Under the pieces are notes generated by a model, which did no database searches, had not been told where the DNA came from, and was given only the letters and a program-made list of their open reading frames with translations. The translations under genes were made by a program, and so were the position numbers. This document shows positions 1 through 9,515 of a stretch of 64,000 nucleotides of DNA, in pieces. Source of the stretch: an uncultured Sphingomonadaceae bacterium (GTDB lineage: Bacteria; Pseudomonadota; Alphaproteobacteria; Sphingomonadales; Sphingomonadaceae); assembly GCA_947497315.1 (NCBI GenBank), contig CANMFX010000005.1, forward strand, positions 14,873 to 78,872. The letters run 5' to 3'. Every line of letters begins with the position of its first letter. Position 1 is the first letter of the stretch.

Positions 1-525
1 GCACCGAACTTTCTGGTTAAAGACGGTGCGCTGAGCTGGCCTGAAATATCGGATATGCGGCAACGTATTTATCCGCCGGAAAAGCTGATCCACACGCCGA
101 TGCACGGCATCGAATGGGCGCACGCGCAACGACGGGTGCTACTTTATGTGCAGGACGAGGTCAGGGCTGTCGCCGGTGTCCACGAGCGCGAAGTCCTATG
201 TGATGGTCAGAAAACAAGAGTCGCAGGCATTGGCGGCGTCATGACCGGACCCGAATTTCAAGGCCGGGGATACGGAAAACAGGTGATGCTTCATCTCATG
301 GAACTTTTGAAAACCGAAGCCAGTTGCGCATTCAGCCTCCTGTTCTGCGAAGATCATAATGTTGCCTTTTATGACAAATTGGGATGGGCCCTGTTCAAAG
401 GCGATATGGTGGTTGAGCAACGCGGAATAACCGGCCCATTTGCCTTTAGGAACACGATGGTCTTACCCATAAACGGGCCAGCGAAGATGGACGGCCATAT
501 CGATTTATGCGGACTGCCGTGGTAG
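1..525 (+). CDS. GNAT-family N-acetyltransferase (Eis-like GNAT domain), 5'-truncated
   Basis: Acetyl-CoA motif A (GIGGVMTGPEFQGRGYGK) and motif B (FYDKLGW). Frame 1 is open from base 1 (APNFLVKDGALSWPEISD) into the track's ATG at 55, so the true start probably lies upstream of the window. Confidence 0.8.
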   Translation, partial: APNFLVKDGALSWPEISDMRQRIYPPEKLIHTPMHGIEWAHAQRRVLLYVQDEVRAVAGVHEREVLCDGQKTRVAGIGGVMTGPEFQGRGYGKQVMLHLMELLKTEASCAFSLLFCEDHNVAFYDKLGWALFKGDMVVEQRGITGPFAFRNTMVLPINGPAKMDGHIDLCGLPW

Positions 526-562
526 GCCCTTTGGCGATCGGGGAATTTGGGGAGAAGATTAT

Positions 563-1402
563 ATGTCGATTGTGGTCACACCATCAGGTCAAGCTTGCGG
601 AGCTGTTGTCACCGGACTGAACCTTTCCGCCCCGTTAAGTGACGAACAGGTGGTAGAAATCCGCACTGCCTGGTTGAAATATCACGTGTTATCTTTCCCG
701 GAACAAAAAATGTCCGACGATGATCTGGAGCGATTCACTCTCTGTTTTGGCGGATTTGGACATGACCCGTTTTTCGATCCGATTAAAGGCCGGGAGCATA
801 TTGCGGCCATAAGGCGCAATGCCGATGAGACATCACCGCTTTTTGCCGAAAACTGGCATAGCGACTGGAGTTTTCAGGAAAAACCGCCCGCCGGCACTTG
901 CCTGCTCGCGGTCGAAATTCCACCTATTGGCGGCGATACCCTGTTTGCTGACCAGCATGCCGCGCTTGATGCCATGCCACCGGAGATGCGGGCAAAGCTG
1001 GAAGGCAAGATCGCGATCCACAGCGCTCAACTCGCCTACGCACCTGATGGCGCCTATGGCAAAAAAGACGAAGGGCGCAGCATGGATATTCGCCCCGACG
1101 AATCAGCGCGAGAAACACAGGTTCACCCGTTGATCCGTGAACATCCCGAAACCGGGCAGCTCGGTTTGTTCAGCTGCATGGGCTATATTATCGGATTTGA
1201 AGGCATGACGCAGCAAGAAGCCCTGCCCTTGCTCACCGAGCTGTACGCTTGGCAAAGCCGCGAGGAATTTGTCTATCGCCATAAGTGGGAGCCTGACATG
1301 CTGATCATGTGGGACAATCGATCGGTATTGCACTGCGCAACGGGCGGTTATGAAGGCCATGACCGGCTGTTGCACCGAACAACAATTGCCGCCAGTGCCT
1401 GA
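563..1402 (+). CDS. TauD/TfdA-family Fe(II)/2-oxoglutarate dioxygenase
   Basis: HxD motif (NWHSDWSF), GGDTLF, HPLIREHPETG, and WDNRSVLHCA...LHRTTI carrying the distal His and the 2OG-binding Arg. Confidence 0.92.
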   Translation: MSIVVTPSGQACGAVVTGLNLSAPLSDEQVVEIRTAWLKYHVLSFPEQKMSDDDLERFTLCFGGFGHDPFFDPIKGREHIAAIRRNADETSPLFAENWHSDWSFQEKPPAGTCLLAVEIPPIGGDTLFADQHAALDAMPPEMRAKLEGKIAIHSAQLAYAPDGAYGKKDEGRSMDIRPDESARETQVHPLIREHPETGQLGLFSCMGYIIGFEGMTQQEALPLLTELYAWQSREEFVYRHKWEPDMLIMWDNRSVLHCATGGYEGHDRLLHRTTIAASA

Positions 1403-1404
1403 TT

Positions 1405-2070
1405 TTAGGGGTTCGGGATCGCCATCTCTTTGCGCAACGTCCGCACCACGCCGGTTACGATCAGAAATTGCCCGACATAATAAAGCGGCCAAATGGTCCA
1501 ACCCGGAATGGCAGAATTCTGAAGAAAGCCCATTTGCGCAAAAATAAACAGATCAGAGACAATGAATAGCAAAGCACCAATCCCCACCCGATAGCGGGGA
1601 AAGCTGCTGGTCCACGCCATCGCTGCCATGACCGACAGAAACAGGCTGTAAACCGCAAGTCCCAGCGCTTCTGATCGATCAAAGGGCAGCGACCAGGCGA
1701 TGAACATCGTGATGGGAGCCAACAATATCGCAAAGGCTTTCTGGCTGAACGAGGTTTCGGGCCGCCGATGCCGCCAATAGAGTCCAATCGCTATGCAATG
1801 TCCGACAATGAATGCCCCTGCCCCGGCCATCAGGTCAAATTCGATCAGCATGTCGCCTAGCGCCCCGAAAGCCATAACGGCCGCGATCAACTTGCCTTCA
1901 AAATTATGCGCCCGCCGCAAGGCGTAAACGGCCAGAAAACCGACACCTGCACCCTTCCAGAACATCAGATACATGCCTGGAATATTGCCATCTTTCACAA
2001 AGAAATAGCTGATACCGAACAGCAGGCTGAGCAGCAGATAGGGCCGGGACTCGATAATCGCGCGTTTCAT
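1405..2070 (-). CDS. YhhN/TMEM86-family membrane protein (lysoplasmalogenase-like)
   Basis: Multiple TM helices; motifs [36 protein letters not shown]. Confidence 0.85.
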   Translation of the reverse strand: MKRAIIESRPYLLLSLLFGISYFFVKDGNIPGMYLMFWKGAGVGFLAVYALRRAHNFEGKLIAAVMAFGALGDMLIEFDLMAGAGAFIVGHCIAIGLYWRHRRPETSFSQKAFAILLAPITMFIAWSLPFDRSEALGLAVYSLFLSVMAAMAWTSSFPRYRVGIGALLFIVSDLFIFAQMGFLQNSAIPGWTIWPLYYVGQFLIVTGVVRTLRKEMAIPNP

Positions 2071-2142
2071 ACTGACGGCCTATCATGCTCGCTCTCTCTC
2101 TGCCAGATTGACTTTTGTAACTATCGGCAACACAGAGACGCC

Positions 2143-3492
2143 ATGACAGATGTTCACGTAATTGGCGGCGGGCTCGCCGGATCAGAAGCGGCATGGCAAT
2201 TGGCAGAGGCTGGCATAAAAGTGCGCCTTTCCGAAATGCGCGGAAGCGGCGACATGACGCCGGCCCATCAGACAGATGGGCTAGCAGAACTGGTTTGTTC
2301 CAACAGCTTCCGCTCGGATGACGCGGAGAAAAACGCTGTGGGCCTGCTTCACGCTGAAATGCGGGACCTCGGGTCCATCATCATGGGTGAAGGCGACAAG
2401 CACCGGTTGCCTGCCGGTTCGGCACTGGCCGTGGATCGCGATCATTTTTCCGACGGCGTCACCAAAGCACTGAGCGAACATCCGAATATCGAGATTGTCC
2501 GCGAACGGATCGACCAGCTGCCCGAAAGCGGTCTGACCGTTGTTGCAACCGGCCCACTCACTGCCATGACGCTGGCCGAAAGCATTGGCGCGGCGACCGG
2601 TGAAGACTCCCTGGCCTTTTTCGATGCCATTGCACCGATTGTTTACAAAGACAGCATCAATATGGATATCGCGTGGATGCAGTCGCGCTGGGACAAGGTC
2701 GGCCCCGAAGGAGACGGCAAGGATTACATCAATTGTCCGATGAACCGGGAGCAATATGAAGCCTTCATTCAGGGCCTGCTCGACGGCGAAAAGACCGATT
2801 TCAAGGAATGGGAGAAGAATACGCCCTATTTCGAAGGCTGTATGCCGATTGAAGTCATGGCGTCACGTGGTCCTGAAACCCTGCGTTTTGGCCCGATGAA
2901 ACCGGTTGGTCTCACTAATGAACATACCGGCGAGAGCGCTTATGCGGTGGTACAGCTGCGGCAGGATAATGCGCTCGGCACACTCTGGAACATGGTTGGT
3001 TTCCAGACGAAGCTAAAATATGGCGCGCAAGCCGAATTGCTGCGTTCCATTCCCGGCCTGGAAAATGCCGAGTTTGCCCGCATGGGCGGTTTGCACCGGA
3101 ACACGTTTATCAACGCGCCCAAATTGCTCGATAGAGAAATGCGTCTAAGGAAAGCGCCACATATTCGCTTTGCTGGACAGATTACAGGTTGCGAAGGCTA
3201 TGTCGAAAGCGCGGCTGTTGGCCTGATGGTGGGCCGCATGGTTGCGGCGGAGGTCAAAGGCGAAACATTTGCCTATCCCCCGCAGACGACTGCTTTCGGT
3301 GCGTTGCTCTCCCACATCACCGGCGGCGCCGATGCCCGGGACTATCAGCCAATGAACGTCAATTTTGGTCTATTTCCGCCTTTCGAACAGCGCGTGAAAA
3401 AGAAGGAACGGAAAGAAGCCTATACCGCCCGCGCCCGAAAAGATTTTGCAGACTGGCAGCAGTCATTTCAAGATGAGCCGCAGGCTGCCTAG
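2143..3492 (+). CDS. trmFO: Folate/FAD-dependent tRNA (uracil-5)-methyltransferase TrmFO (Gid)
   Basis: Rossmann [44 protein letters not shown]. Start moved to ATG 2143 ([10 protein letters not shown]); the track's 1906 start overlaps the yhhN gene. Confidence 0.96.
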   Translation: MTDVHVIGGGLAGSEAAWQLAEAGIKVRLSEMRGSGDMTPAHQTDGLAELVCSNSFRSDDAEKNAVGLLHAEMRDLGSIIMGEGDKHRLPAGSALAVDRDHFSDGVTKALSEHPNIEIVRERIDQLPESGLTVVATGPLTAMTLAESIGAATGEDSLAFFDAIAPIVYKDSINMDIAWMQSRWDKVGPEGDGKDYINCPMNREQYEAFIQGLLDGEKTDFKEWEKNTPYFEGCMPIEVMASRGPETLRFGPMKPVGLTNEHTGESAYAVVQLRQDNALGTLWNMVGFQTKLKYGAQAELLRSIPGLENAEFARMGGLHRNTFINAPKLLDREMRLRKAPHIRFAGQITGCEGYVESAAVGLMVGRMVAAEVKGETFAYPPQTTAFGALLSHITGGADARDYQPMNVNFGLFPPFEQRVKKKERKEAYTARARKDFADWQQSFQDEPQAA

Positions 3493-3956
3493 CATTTGCA
3501 TCGGGATGCCGTTCGCTTGGGCCGGGTGCTTCTGAACTCGGATCGGGTCAGTTGCCCGTTTTCATCCGCGTCTGCGCCAGCAAAACGATCACTGGTTGCA
3601 ACCGCCCATTCTTCAAAGGTTAGCAGGTTATTGCCGTCCTTATCCAGCGCTTTGAAAACCTTCGTGCGGCTGCTCATCAGTTCAAGCCGGGTTATAACCT
3701 CGTCACGATTACGATCATAACGGTTGAACCGCCGCTCCTCACGAGACGCCTTATAGGCTTTGGGCGGCGTTGGCGGCGGTGGACCGAGTGTTGGTGCCGT
3801 TTGATCGGCCTCTGGCAAGCCTTCCGGTTCCATCGGTTCGGGAGGTGGCGGCGCATCTGGAATCACCACTTCCTGACTGTTAGCGCCAATCCACAGGAAC
3901 AGTCCCGCCGTCATCAACAGCATCATACTTCCGGCACCAGCGACATATCTTTTCAT
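3489..3956 (-). CDS. Exported/membrane-anchored EF-hand protein
   Basis: N-terminal hydrophobic segment, Pro-rich linker, and three EF-hand-like loops ([36 protein letters not shown]). Confidence 0.8.
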   Translation of the reverse strand: MKRYVAGAGSMMLLMTAGLFLWIGANSQEVVIPDAPPPPEPMEPEGLPEADQTAPTLGPPPPTPPKAYKASREERRFNRYDRNRDEVITRLELMSSRTKVFKALDKDGNNLLTFEEWAVATSDRFAGADADENGQLTRSEFRSTRPKRTASRCKC

Positions 3957-3991
3957 GTGCTGGCCGCCCTTTCATGCTGTTCTTCTTGGTG

Positions 3992-4663
3992 TTAACAGCC
4001 GGTCACGCCATGCCAGATGATCTTACTAGCGATCGCCGGACGATAAAGATCGGCTGCTAACGATCTTTTTTTTACATCACTTTGCGTCAATTTACAGAGA
4101 ATTGAGAGCGGTCGACCGCTTCTGTCAAAACTCACCGGATCATCGCTACTATATAGTTGGATAGATTTATTGAACGCCTGCTCTCGCATTTTTTCATTGG
4201 AACAATGGCGGGCAAAGTCCCAAAGGGCCCAAGCTTGCGCGGCTTTCCCTTGTTTCACGCTAAGGGGGCTGGAACCGCCGCTCGCAAAAGAGAAAAGTCC
4301 TCCGCCCCGTTTCTCCGCATATTGATCGAACTGTCGATCGTCCCACGGAAAATCTTCGAGCAAATATTCCCACCCTTCCAAAAGATGCAGGAGTGGCGAA
4401 AGATCAGCTCCCTTTTGCTCTTCCTGATTAATAAGTGCCACCAATGGCTCGCCGGTTGGGCGTTCAGTTACAGCCTTGGTTAAAATATCCCGCCACCAGG
4501 TTAACCGCATTTGTCCAATCAATGTTTCCGACGTTGATCGGATAACGTCGGCAAATCTCGCATCCAATGCAAAAACAAGGGCATAGCGTTCGCGATCTGG
4601 CTTCTTTGCATAGGCTAAAACCAGTCGCCGCAACGGATCAAGTTGTAAAACCGCGTCATTCAT
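3992..4663 (-). CDS. Squalene/phytoene-synthase-fold protein (degenerate, NDUFAF6-like)
   Basis: IGQMRLTWWRDIL motif typical of this SQS_PSY subgroup; no clear DDxxD motifs; TTG start. Confidence 0.7.
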   Translation of the reverse strand: MNDAVLQLDPLRRLVLAYAKKPDRERYALVFALDARFADVIRSTSETLIGQMRLTWWRDILTKAVTERPTGEPLVALINQEEQKGADLSPLLHLLEGWEYLLEDFPWDDRQFDQYAEKRGGGLFSFASGGSSPLSVKQGKAAQAWALWDFARHCSNEKMREQAFNKSIQLYSSDDPVSFDRSGRPLSILCKLTQSDVKKRSLAADLYRPAIASKIIWHGVTGC

Positions 4664-4699
4664 GCCGGTGCCGTCAACAGTTTTCCAACGAAAATCAAG

Positions 4700-4715
4700 G
4701 TAAAGATTGCTTTAA
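4700..4715 (-). promoter_or_regulatory. Candidate CtrA binding site (TTAA-N7-TTTAC), overlapping a TTAACCAT half-site
   Basis: The minus strand reads TTAA-agcaatc-TTTAC, one mismatch from TTAA-N7-TTAAC. TTAACCAT lies at 4712-4719 on +. It sits in the divergent gap upstream of the tad genes. Confidence 0.5.
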
Positions 4716-4790
4716 CCATAGCCCTTGGTCAGCCGCTAACCCTTTTCTCTCTATCAGACACGCTGAATTGAAATCCACCGGCGTGAATTA

Positions 4791-6827
4791 ATGACGCATA
4801 GATCAGAGGCCAGGGGCATGGTTGACAAAAACGAGATAAAATCGCGAGTGTCATTTTTACAAAGGCTACGCAAAGATACCGCCGGTAACACATTGGCTAT
4901 GGCGGCAGCGGCTCTTTTTCCAATTGCAGGTCTGGTCGGCGGCGGTGTCGACATCGGCCGCGCTTATATGGCACAGGCGCGGCTCCAACAGGCATGTGAC
5001 GCCGGCGTTCTCGCCGGGCGGCGTAACATGACGCAGGACACGTTAACGGCGGCCGATATAGCTGAGGCCAACAAGTTTTTTGATTTTAACTTTCCCGAGG
5101 GATCGTTTGGATCAACCGCTTTTGACGCAACAATCACAGACAGCGATGGAACCGAAGTTTCACAAAACAAGATCGCCTTCACGGACGGCGCAGATGTGCG
5201 GGTGGTCAATGGCGAGGCGCGAACCACGATCCGAACCACGCTCATGCGCGTTTTTGGCTATGAGAACATGGTCATCGAAACAGACTGCAGCAGTCGCCTT
5301 GATGTCGGTAATGTTGACGTGATGATGGTGCTCGACGTTACCGGTTCGATGGGCAACACAGTAACGGATGGCGGCACCAGGCTGGACGCGTTGAAAGTCG
5401 CAGTTGAGGATTTTTACGGAATATTGGGACCCGGCGGCGGTGTTTCAAACGAACAGATCCGTTATGGCTTTGTACCCTATTCCAGCACCGTCAACGTCGG
5501 TGAAATCCTGTATGATGCTGATCCAACCTGGCTTACCGGAGGCACTGCAGGTGATCGAGCGACTTATCAAACCCGTAAAGCGACTTTCGAAGTCGAGGAT
5601 AAAACGGATCCCAGATACAGCATTACTGAAAATGAATTTGTTGAATCACTCGCCCAGCTTGACGGACCGGAATGCACGGATCGATATGCGGAAAACCTGA
5701 ATGTCGAGACCTATTTCGTCCCTGACCCATCGGGCAATCCCCTGATCATATCAGAGTCGAGGACCGGCGACCTGAAAACAGTTGTTTCCGACGTTTTTGA
5801 ATACAGGTCATGGGATGGTAGCACCAATGCACCGCCAGCAGGAGCGGTTGGCAGCGCCTTTTGGCGTCAGTGTGAACGCACCCGGACCAGAACCACAGAA
5901 GTCATTCCCGTGATCCAGGTTGACAAATGGCAGCCGGGGGCAGTCCGCATTACAGATTGGTCCTATGATGCAGAGACGCATGGTGTTTATGATTATGTGC
6001 GTTCTATCAAACCTGCCAATCCCGCAGCACAAAATCCGACGACCGACGGTGAAGACCTGGAACGCTGGGACGGCTGCATCGTTGAGCGCAAATCCAATAC
6101 GTCCATAACCACGGCCACAACTGCTATCCCGACGGATGCGCTTGATCTGCAAATTGATCTGTTGCCAACGGATGCAGATTCCAGATGGGCTCCATTCTGG
6201 CGAGACTTAAAATATGACCGTGCAGATACAAATACAGCGACGTCAGGGTCAAAAATTTCTTTGAGCGGAGATTCTGCGGCCTGCCCGGCACCCGCCCGGA
6301 AACTGCAGTCTTACGCGACCTATGATGATGGTTCGTCAAATGATCTGGAAAGCTATATCTCCGGATTGCAGGATGGTGGTTTCACCAACCATACCATCGG
6401 CATGATCTGGGGCGCTCGCTTGCTGTCAGAGGACGGATTGTTCAAGGCTGAGAATTCAACCGCACCAAATGGTTTCAGCATTGGCCGGCACGTTGTGTTC
6501 ATGACCGACGGCAACATGGTAATCCGGCAGACCAATTATGGTGCCTATGGCTATCAAAAACTGGATAGCAGTATCGCGGCTGCAAATGCTGGCGATACAG
6601 AGTTGGCTGCGCGGCAAGCCCACAGGTTCCAGTTAATGTGCGCTGCAGTCCGCGCAAAGGGTTGGACCGTCTGGGTCGTTCAATTTGGTTCTTCCACCGT
6701 GTCAGCGAACATGCTGGCCTGTGCCAGCAGTCCCGGTAACGCCGCCGCTGCGACCGACAGAGCAACGCTGCAAGCCGCTTTCTCGAACATCGCACAGAAA
6801 ATCGGCGGATTGAGGTTGTCAAACTGA
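4791..6827 (+). CDS. TadG/CpaL-like pilus tip protein with vWA domain
   Basis: Pilin-like N-terminus (RKDTAG|NTLAMAAAALFPIAGLVGGGVDIG, LQQACDAGVLAG); MIDAS elements DVTGS ... GFTNH ... MTDG; large insertion inside the vWA domain; C-terminal LQAAFSNIAQKIGGLRL. The start could be 4818. Confidence 0.85.
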   Translation: MTHRSEARGMVDKNEIKSRVSFLQRLRKDTAGNTLAMAAAALFPIAGLVGGGVDIGRAYMAQARLQQACDAGVLAGRRNMTQDTLTAADIAEANKFFDFNFPEGSFGSTAFDATITDSDGTEVSQNKIAFTDGADVRVVNGEARTTIRTTLMRVFGYENMVIETDCSSRLDVGNVDVMMVLDVTGSMGNTVTDGGTRLDALKVAVEDFYGILGPGGGVSNEQIRYGFVPYSSTVNVGEILYDADPTWLTGGTAGDRATYQTRKATFEVEDKTDPRYSITENEFVESLAQLDGPECTDRYAENLNVETYFVPDPSGNPLIISESRTGDLKTVVSDVFEYRSWDGSTNAPPAGAVGSAFWRQCERTRTRTTEVIPVIQVDKWQPGAVRITDWSYDAETHGVYDYVRSIKPANPAAQNPTTDGEDLERWDGCIVERKSNTSITTATTAIPTDALDLQIDLLPTDADSRWAPFWRDLKYDRADTNTATSGSKISLSGDSAACPAPARKLQSYATYDDGSSNDLESYISGLQDGGFTNHTIGMIWGARLLSEDGLFKAENSTAPNGFSIGRHVVFMTDGNMVIRQTNYGAYGYQKLDSSIAAANAGDTELAARQAHRFQLMCAAVRAKGWTVWVVQFGSSTVSANMLACASSPGNAAAATDRATLQAAFSNIAQKIGGLRLSN

Positions 6828-7420
6828 TGAATATACAATCGAGACTTTCTCGCCTGAACCGCGACCAGGAAGGCGCAACACTCATGGAATTTGGCCTGAT
6901 TGCAGGTCCGCTGATCGTGCTGCTGCTTGGAATCATGGAAATTGGTTATCAGGGCTATATCGACACTTTGTCAAAATCCGTGATGCACAAGGTCGCGCGG
7001 CAGGCCTCGGTCGGTGGCAAAACCGAAGCCGACGTCAAGGCCGACGTCGTAAAGGGATTGGGCCCGCTTCTACTGAAAAATGCGACAGTCGATGTCAAAG
7101 TCCGTAGCTATTTTGAGTTTACCAATATCGGGAAACCGGAAAAACTGACCACCGATCTCAATGGTGACGGTAACCTCGACAGCGGAGATTGCTATCTTGA
7201 TGGCAATGGTAACGGCGTATTTGATGTGAACACCGGCAGAACCGGAACCGGTGGACCCGACGATATTGTGAACTATGAAATCACTATCGATTCGCCCCGA
7301 ATATTTCCGCTGGCCAGCATGTTTGGCGCTAGCAAAAGAATGACCAGCTACAACGCTACGGCCGTCCGGAACCAGCCTTATGGTTCCCAGGTTGCCGACC
7401 CAGAATTGTGTGAGCCGTGA
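6827..7420 (+). CDS. TadE-like minor pilin
   Basis: Prepilin motif G|ATLMEF followed by a hydrophobic helix; C-terminal AVRNQPY; start overlaps the upstream stop (TGATG). Confidence 0.85.
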   Translation: MNIQSRLSRLNRDQEGATLMEFGLIAGPLIVLLLGIMEIGYQGYIDTLSKSVMHKVARQASVGGKTEADVKADVVKGLGPLLLKNATVDVKVRSYFEFTNIGKPEKLTTDLNGDGNLDSGDCYLDGNGNGVFDVNTGRTGTGGPDDIVNYEITIDSPRIFPLASMFGASKRMTSYNATAVRNQPYGSQVADPELCEP

Positions 7421-7421
7421 T

Positions 7422-8132
7422 ATGAACAATATTTTGAAAAAATTTACGCCAAAGAAAATCATGCCTGATAACCGGGCAACCCGGTTTCTCGGTAAACTTC
7501 ATCAGGACAAGAGCGGCCTGGCGCTGATCGAATTTGCTTTCGTTGCGCCGTTCATGCTCACGGTCGGCCTTACCGGAATGGAAACCGCCAATCTCGCGGT
7601 TGGACATTTGCAAGTCAGTCAGGTCGCCATGCTTGTCGCGGATAACGCGTCACGTGTCCGCAACAGTATTGATGAGGCTGACATTCGGGAAATTTTCACT
7701 GGTGCCCATCTGACTGGCAGCAGTATCGACTTCTCACCCAATGCCAGAATTATCCTGTCAAATCTGGAGCATAATGGGTTAGCCGGTTCCGATGAAGGAC
7801 AATGGATCCGTTGGCAACGCTGCTATGGCGGCAATACAAGCTATTCATCCAGTTTCGGCGCTGAGGGCGATGGAGAAACCGATGCGTCTCTGGCCTCGGG
7901 TATAGGACCGACCGGCAAGAAAATCTCGGCTACACCCGCGTCAGCTGTCAACTTTGTCGAGGTCATATACGACTACAAGCCTCTGATATCAGATCGCTTT
8001 TTTGGAAATATTGTCATCCGTTACGAAAGTGCTTTTGTGGCGCGTGAACGCAATGACCACGCGATGCGAAATGCCAGCAGTATTCCGAACGGTCAGAAAT
8101 GGCTGTGTAGTCGCTACGACGTCATAACCTGA
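7422..8132 (+). CDS. TadE/TadF-like minor pilin
   Basis: G|LALIEF followed by a hydrophobic helix (AFVAPFMLTVGL). The start is uncertain: GTG 7380, ATG 7422 or ATG 7461. Confidence 0.82.
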   Translation: MNNILKKFTPKKIMPDNRATRFLGKLHQDKSGLALIEFAFVAPFMLTVGLTGMETANLAVGHLQVSQVAMLVADNASRVRNSIDEADIREIFTGAHLTGSSIDFSPNARIILSNLEHNGLAGSDEGQWIRWQRCYGGNTSYSSSFGAEGDGETDASLASGIGPTGKKISATPASAVNFVEVIYDYKPLISDRFFGNIVIRYESAFVARERNDHAMRNASSIPNGQKWLCSRYDVIT

Positions 8133-8141
8133 GCCAGATTT

Positions 8142-9515
8142 TTAACGGTAACAGGCTTTTTTTGCGGCGGCGATAATCCGATCGCTGTCGATCAGCGCCG
8201 CTTTTTCCAGATTGGCGGCATAGGGTAACGGAACGTCTTCGTTGGTCACGCGCGCAACTGGTGCATCGAGATCGTCAAAACCCTCTTCCATACAGACAGC
8301 GATAATCTCGCTCGCGATGGAACAGGTCGGCCAACCTTCCTCGGCAACCACCAGGCGGTTGGTTTTTGCCAGACTCTGCAAAACTGTTTCCGTATCCAGC
8401 GGGCGCAATGTGCGCAGGTCGATGACTTCTGCATCAATGCCCTCACCTGCCAGCGTATCGGCAGCTTCAAGCGCCAGACCAACGCCTATCGAATAGCTAA
8501 CAATTGTAACATCGGCGCCTTCCCGCATGATCCGTGCCTTACCGATTGGCAAAACATAGTCATCCAAGTCGGGAATCTCGAACGACCGTCCATAAAGCAG
8601 CTCGTTTTCAAGAAAAACCACCGGATCGGGGCAGCGGATCGCCGCCTTTAACAGCCCTTTGGCATCGGCCGCATCATATGGCGCCATCACAATCAGACCC
8701 GGAACGCCGGCATACCAGGGCCCATAGTTCTGGCTATGCTGCGCGCCAACACGAGACGCAGCACCATTAGGGCCGCGGAAAACAATAGGACAGCGCATCT
8801 GTCCACCAGACATATAATTGGTTTTTGCTGCCGAGTTGATAATCTGATCGATAGCCTGCATCGCAAAGTTGAATGTCATAAATTCAACAATCGGTTTCAG
8901 CCCGCCCATAGCTGCACCAGCACCAATTCCAGCGAAACCGTGCTCAGTAATCGGCGTATCGATAACACGCTTGCTCCCAAATTCATCCAGCAGACCTTGG
9001 GTAACCTTGTAGGCGCCCTGATATTCAGCAACTTCCTCGCCCATTACAAAGACGCTGTCATCCGTGCGCATTTCCTCTGCCATGGCATCACGAAGTGCTT
9101 CGCGGACAGTAATGCTGGTCATGCTCGTGCCTTCCGGAACGGCCGGATCATCGGCGCGAGATACCGGCGGCGCTGCAGCTGACTCAGTTATTTCCGGTGA
9201 TGGCTCTGGCTCAGGTTTTGGTGATGCTTCGGGGGCGGGAGACGGCACAGGCGATGCACCTTCCTCTTCATCCTCTCCGGTCATCTCGGCGATCACTGCA
9301 CCAACCGCGACACCATCTGTGCCCTCGGCAATGATAATCTTCGAAATGACGCCTTCATCGACTGCTTCAAATTCCATCGTCGCCTTGTCGGTTTCAATCT
9401 CTGCCAATATGTCGCCAGAGCTGACCTCATCACCTTCCTTGACCAGCCATTTGGCCAGTGTGCCTTCTTCCATTGTTGGTGAAAGGGCGGGCATTTTCAG
9501 TTCAATCGCCATCAA
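8142..9515 (-). CDS. pdhB: Pyruvate dehydrogenase E1 beta subunit with N-terminal lipoyl domain
   Basis: Lipoyl motif IETDKATME, Pro/Glu linker, then transketolase-type core ([23 protein letters not shown]). Confidence 0.96.
   Translation of the reverse strand: MMAIELKMPALSPTMEEGTLAKWLVKEGDEVSSGDILAEIETDKATMEFEAVDEGVISKIIIAEGTDGVAVGAVIAEMTGEDEEEGASPVPSPAPEASPKPEPEPSPEITESAAAPPVSRADDPAVPEGTSMTSITVREALRDAMAEEMRTDDSVFVMGEEVAEYQGAYKVTQGLLDEFGSKRVIDTPITEHGFAGIGAGAAMGGLKPIVEFMTFNFAMQAIDQIINSAAKTNYMSGGQMRCPIVFRGPNGAASRVGAQHSQNYGPWYAGVPGLIVMAPYDAADAKGLLKAAIRCPDPVVFLENELLYGRSFEIPDLDDYVLPIGKARIMREGADVTIVSYSIGVGLALEAADTLAGEGIDAEVIDLRTLRPLDTETVLQSLAKTNRLVVAEEGWPTCSIASEIIAVCMEEGFDDLDAPVARVTNEDVPLPYAANLEKAALIDSDRIIAAAKKACYR

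Noticed and set aside
1906-2142. N-terminal extension of the trmFO ORF
   Set aside because: It overlaps the yhhN gene on the opposite strand; the homologous protein begins at [10 protein letters not shown] (2143).
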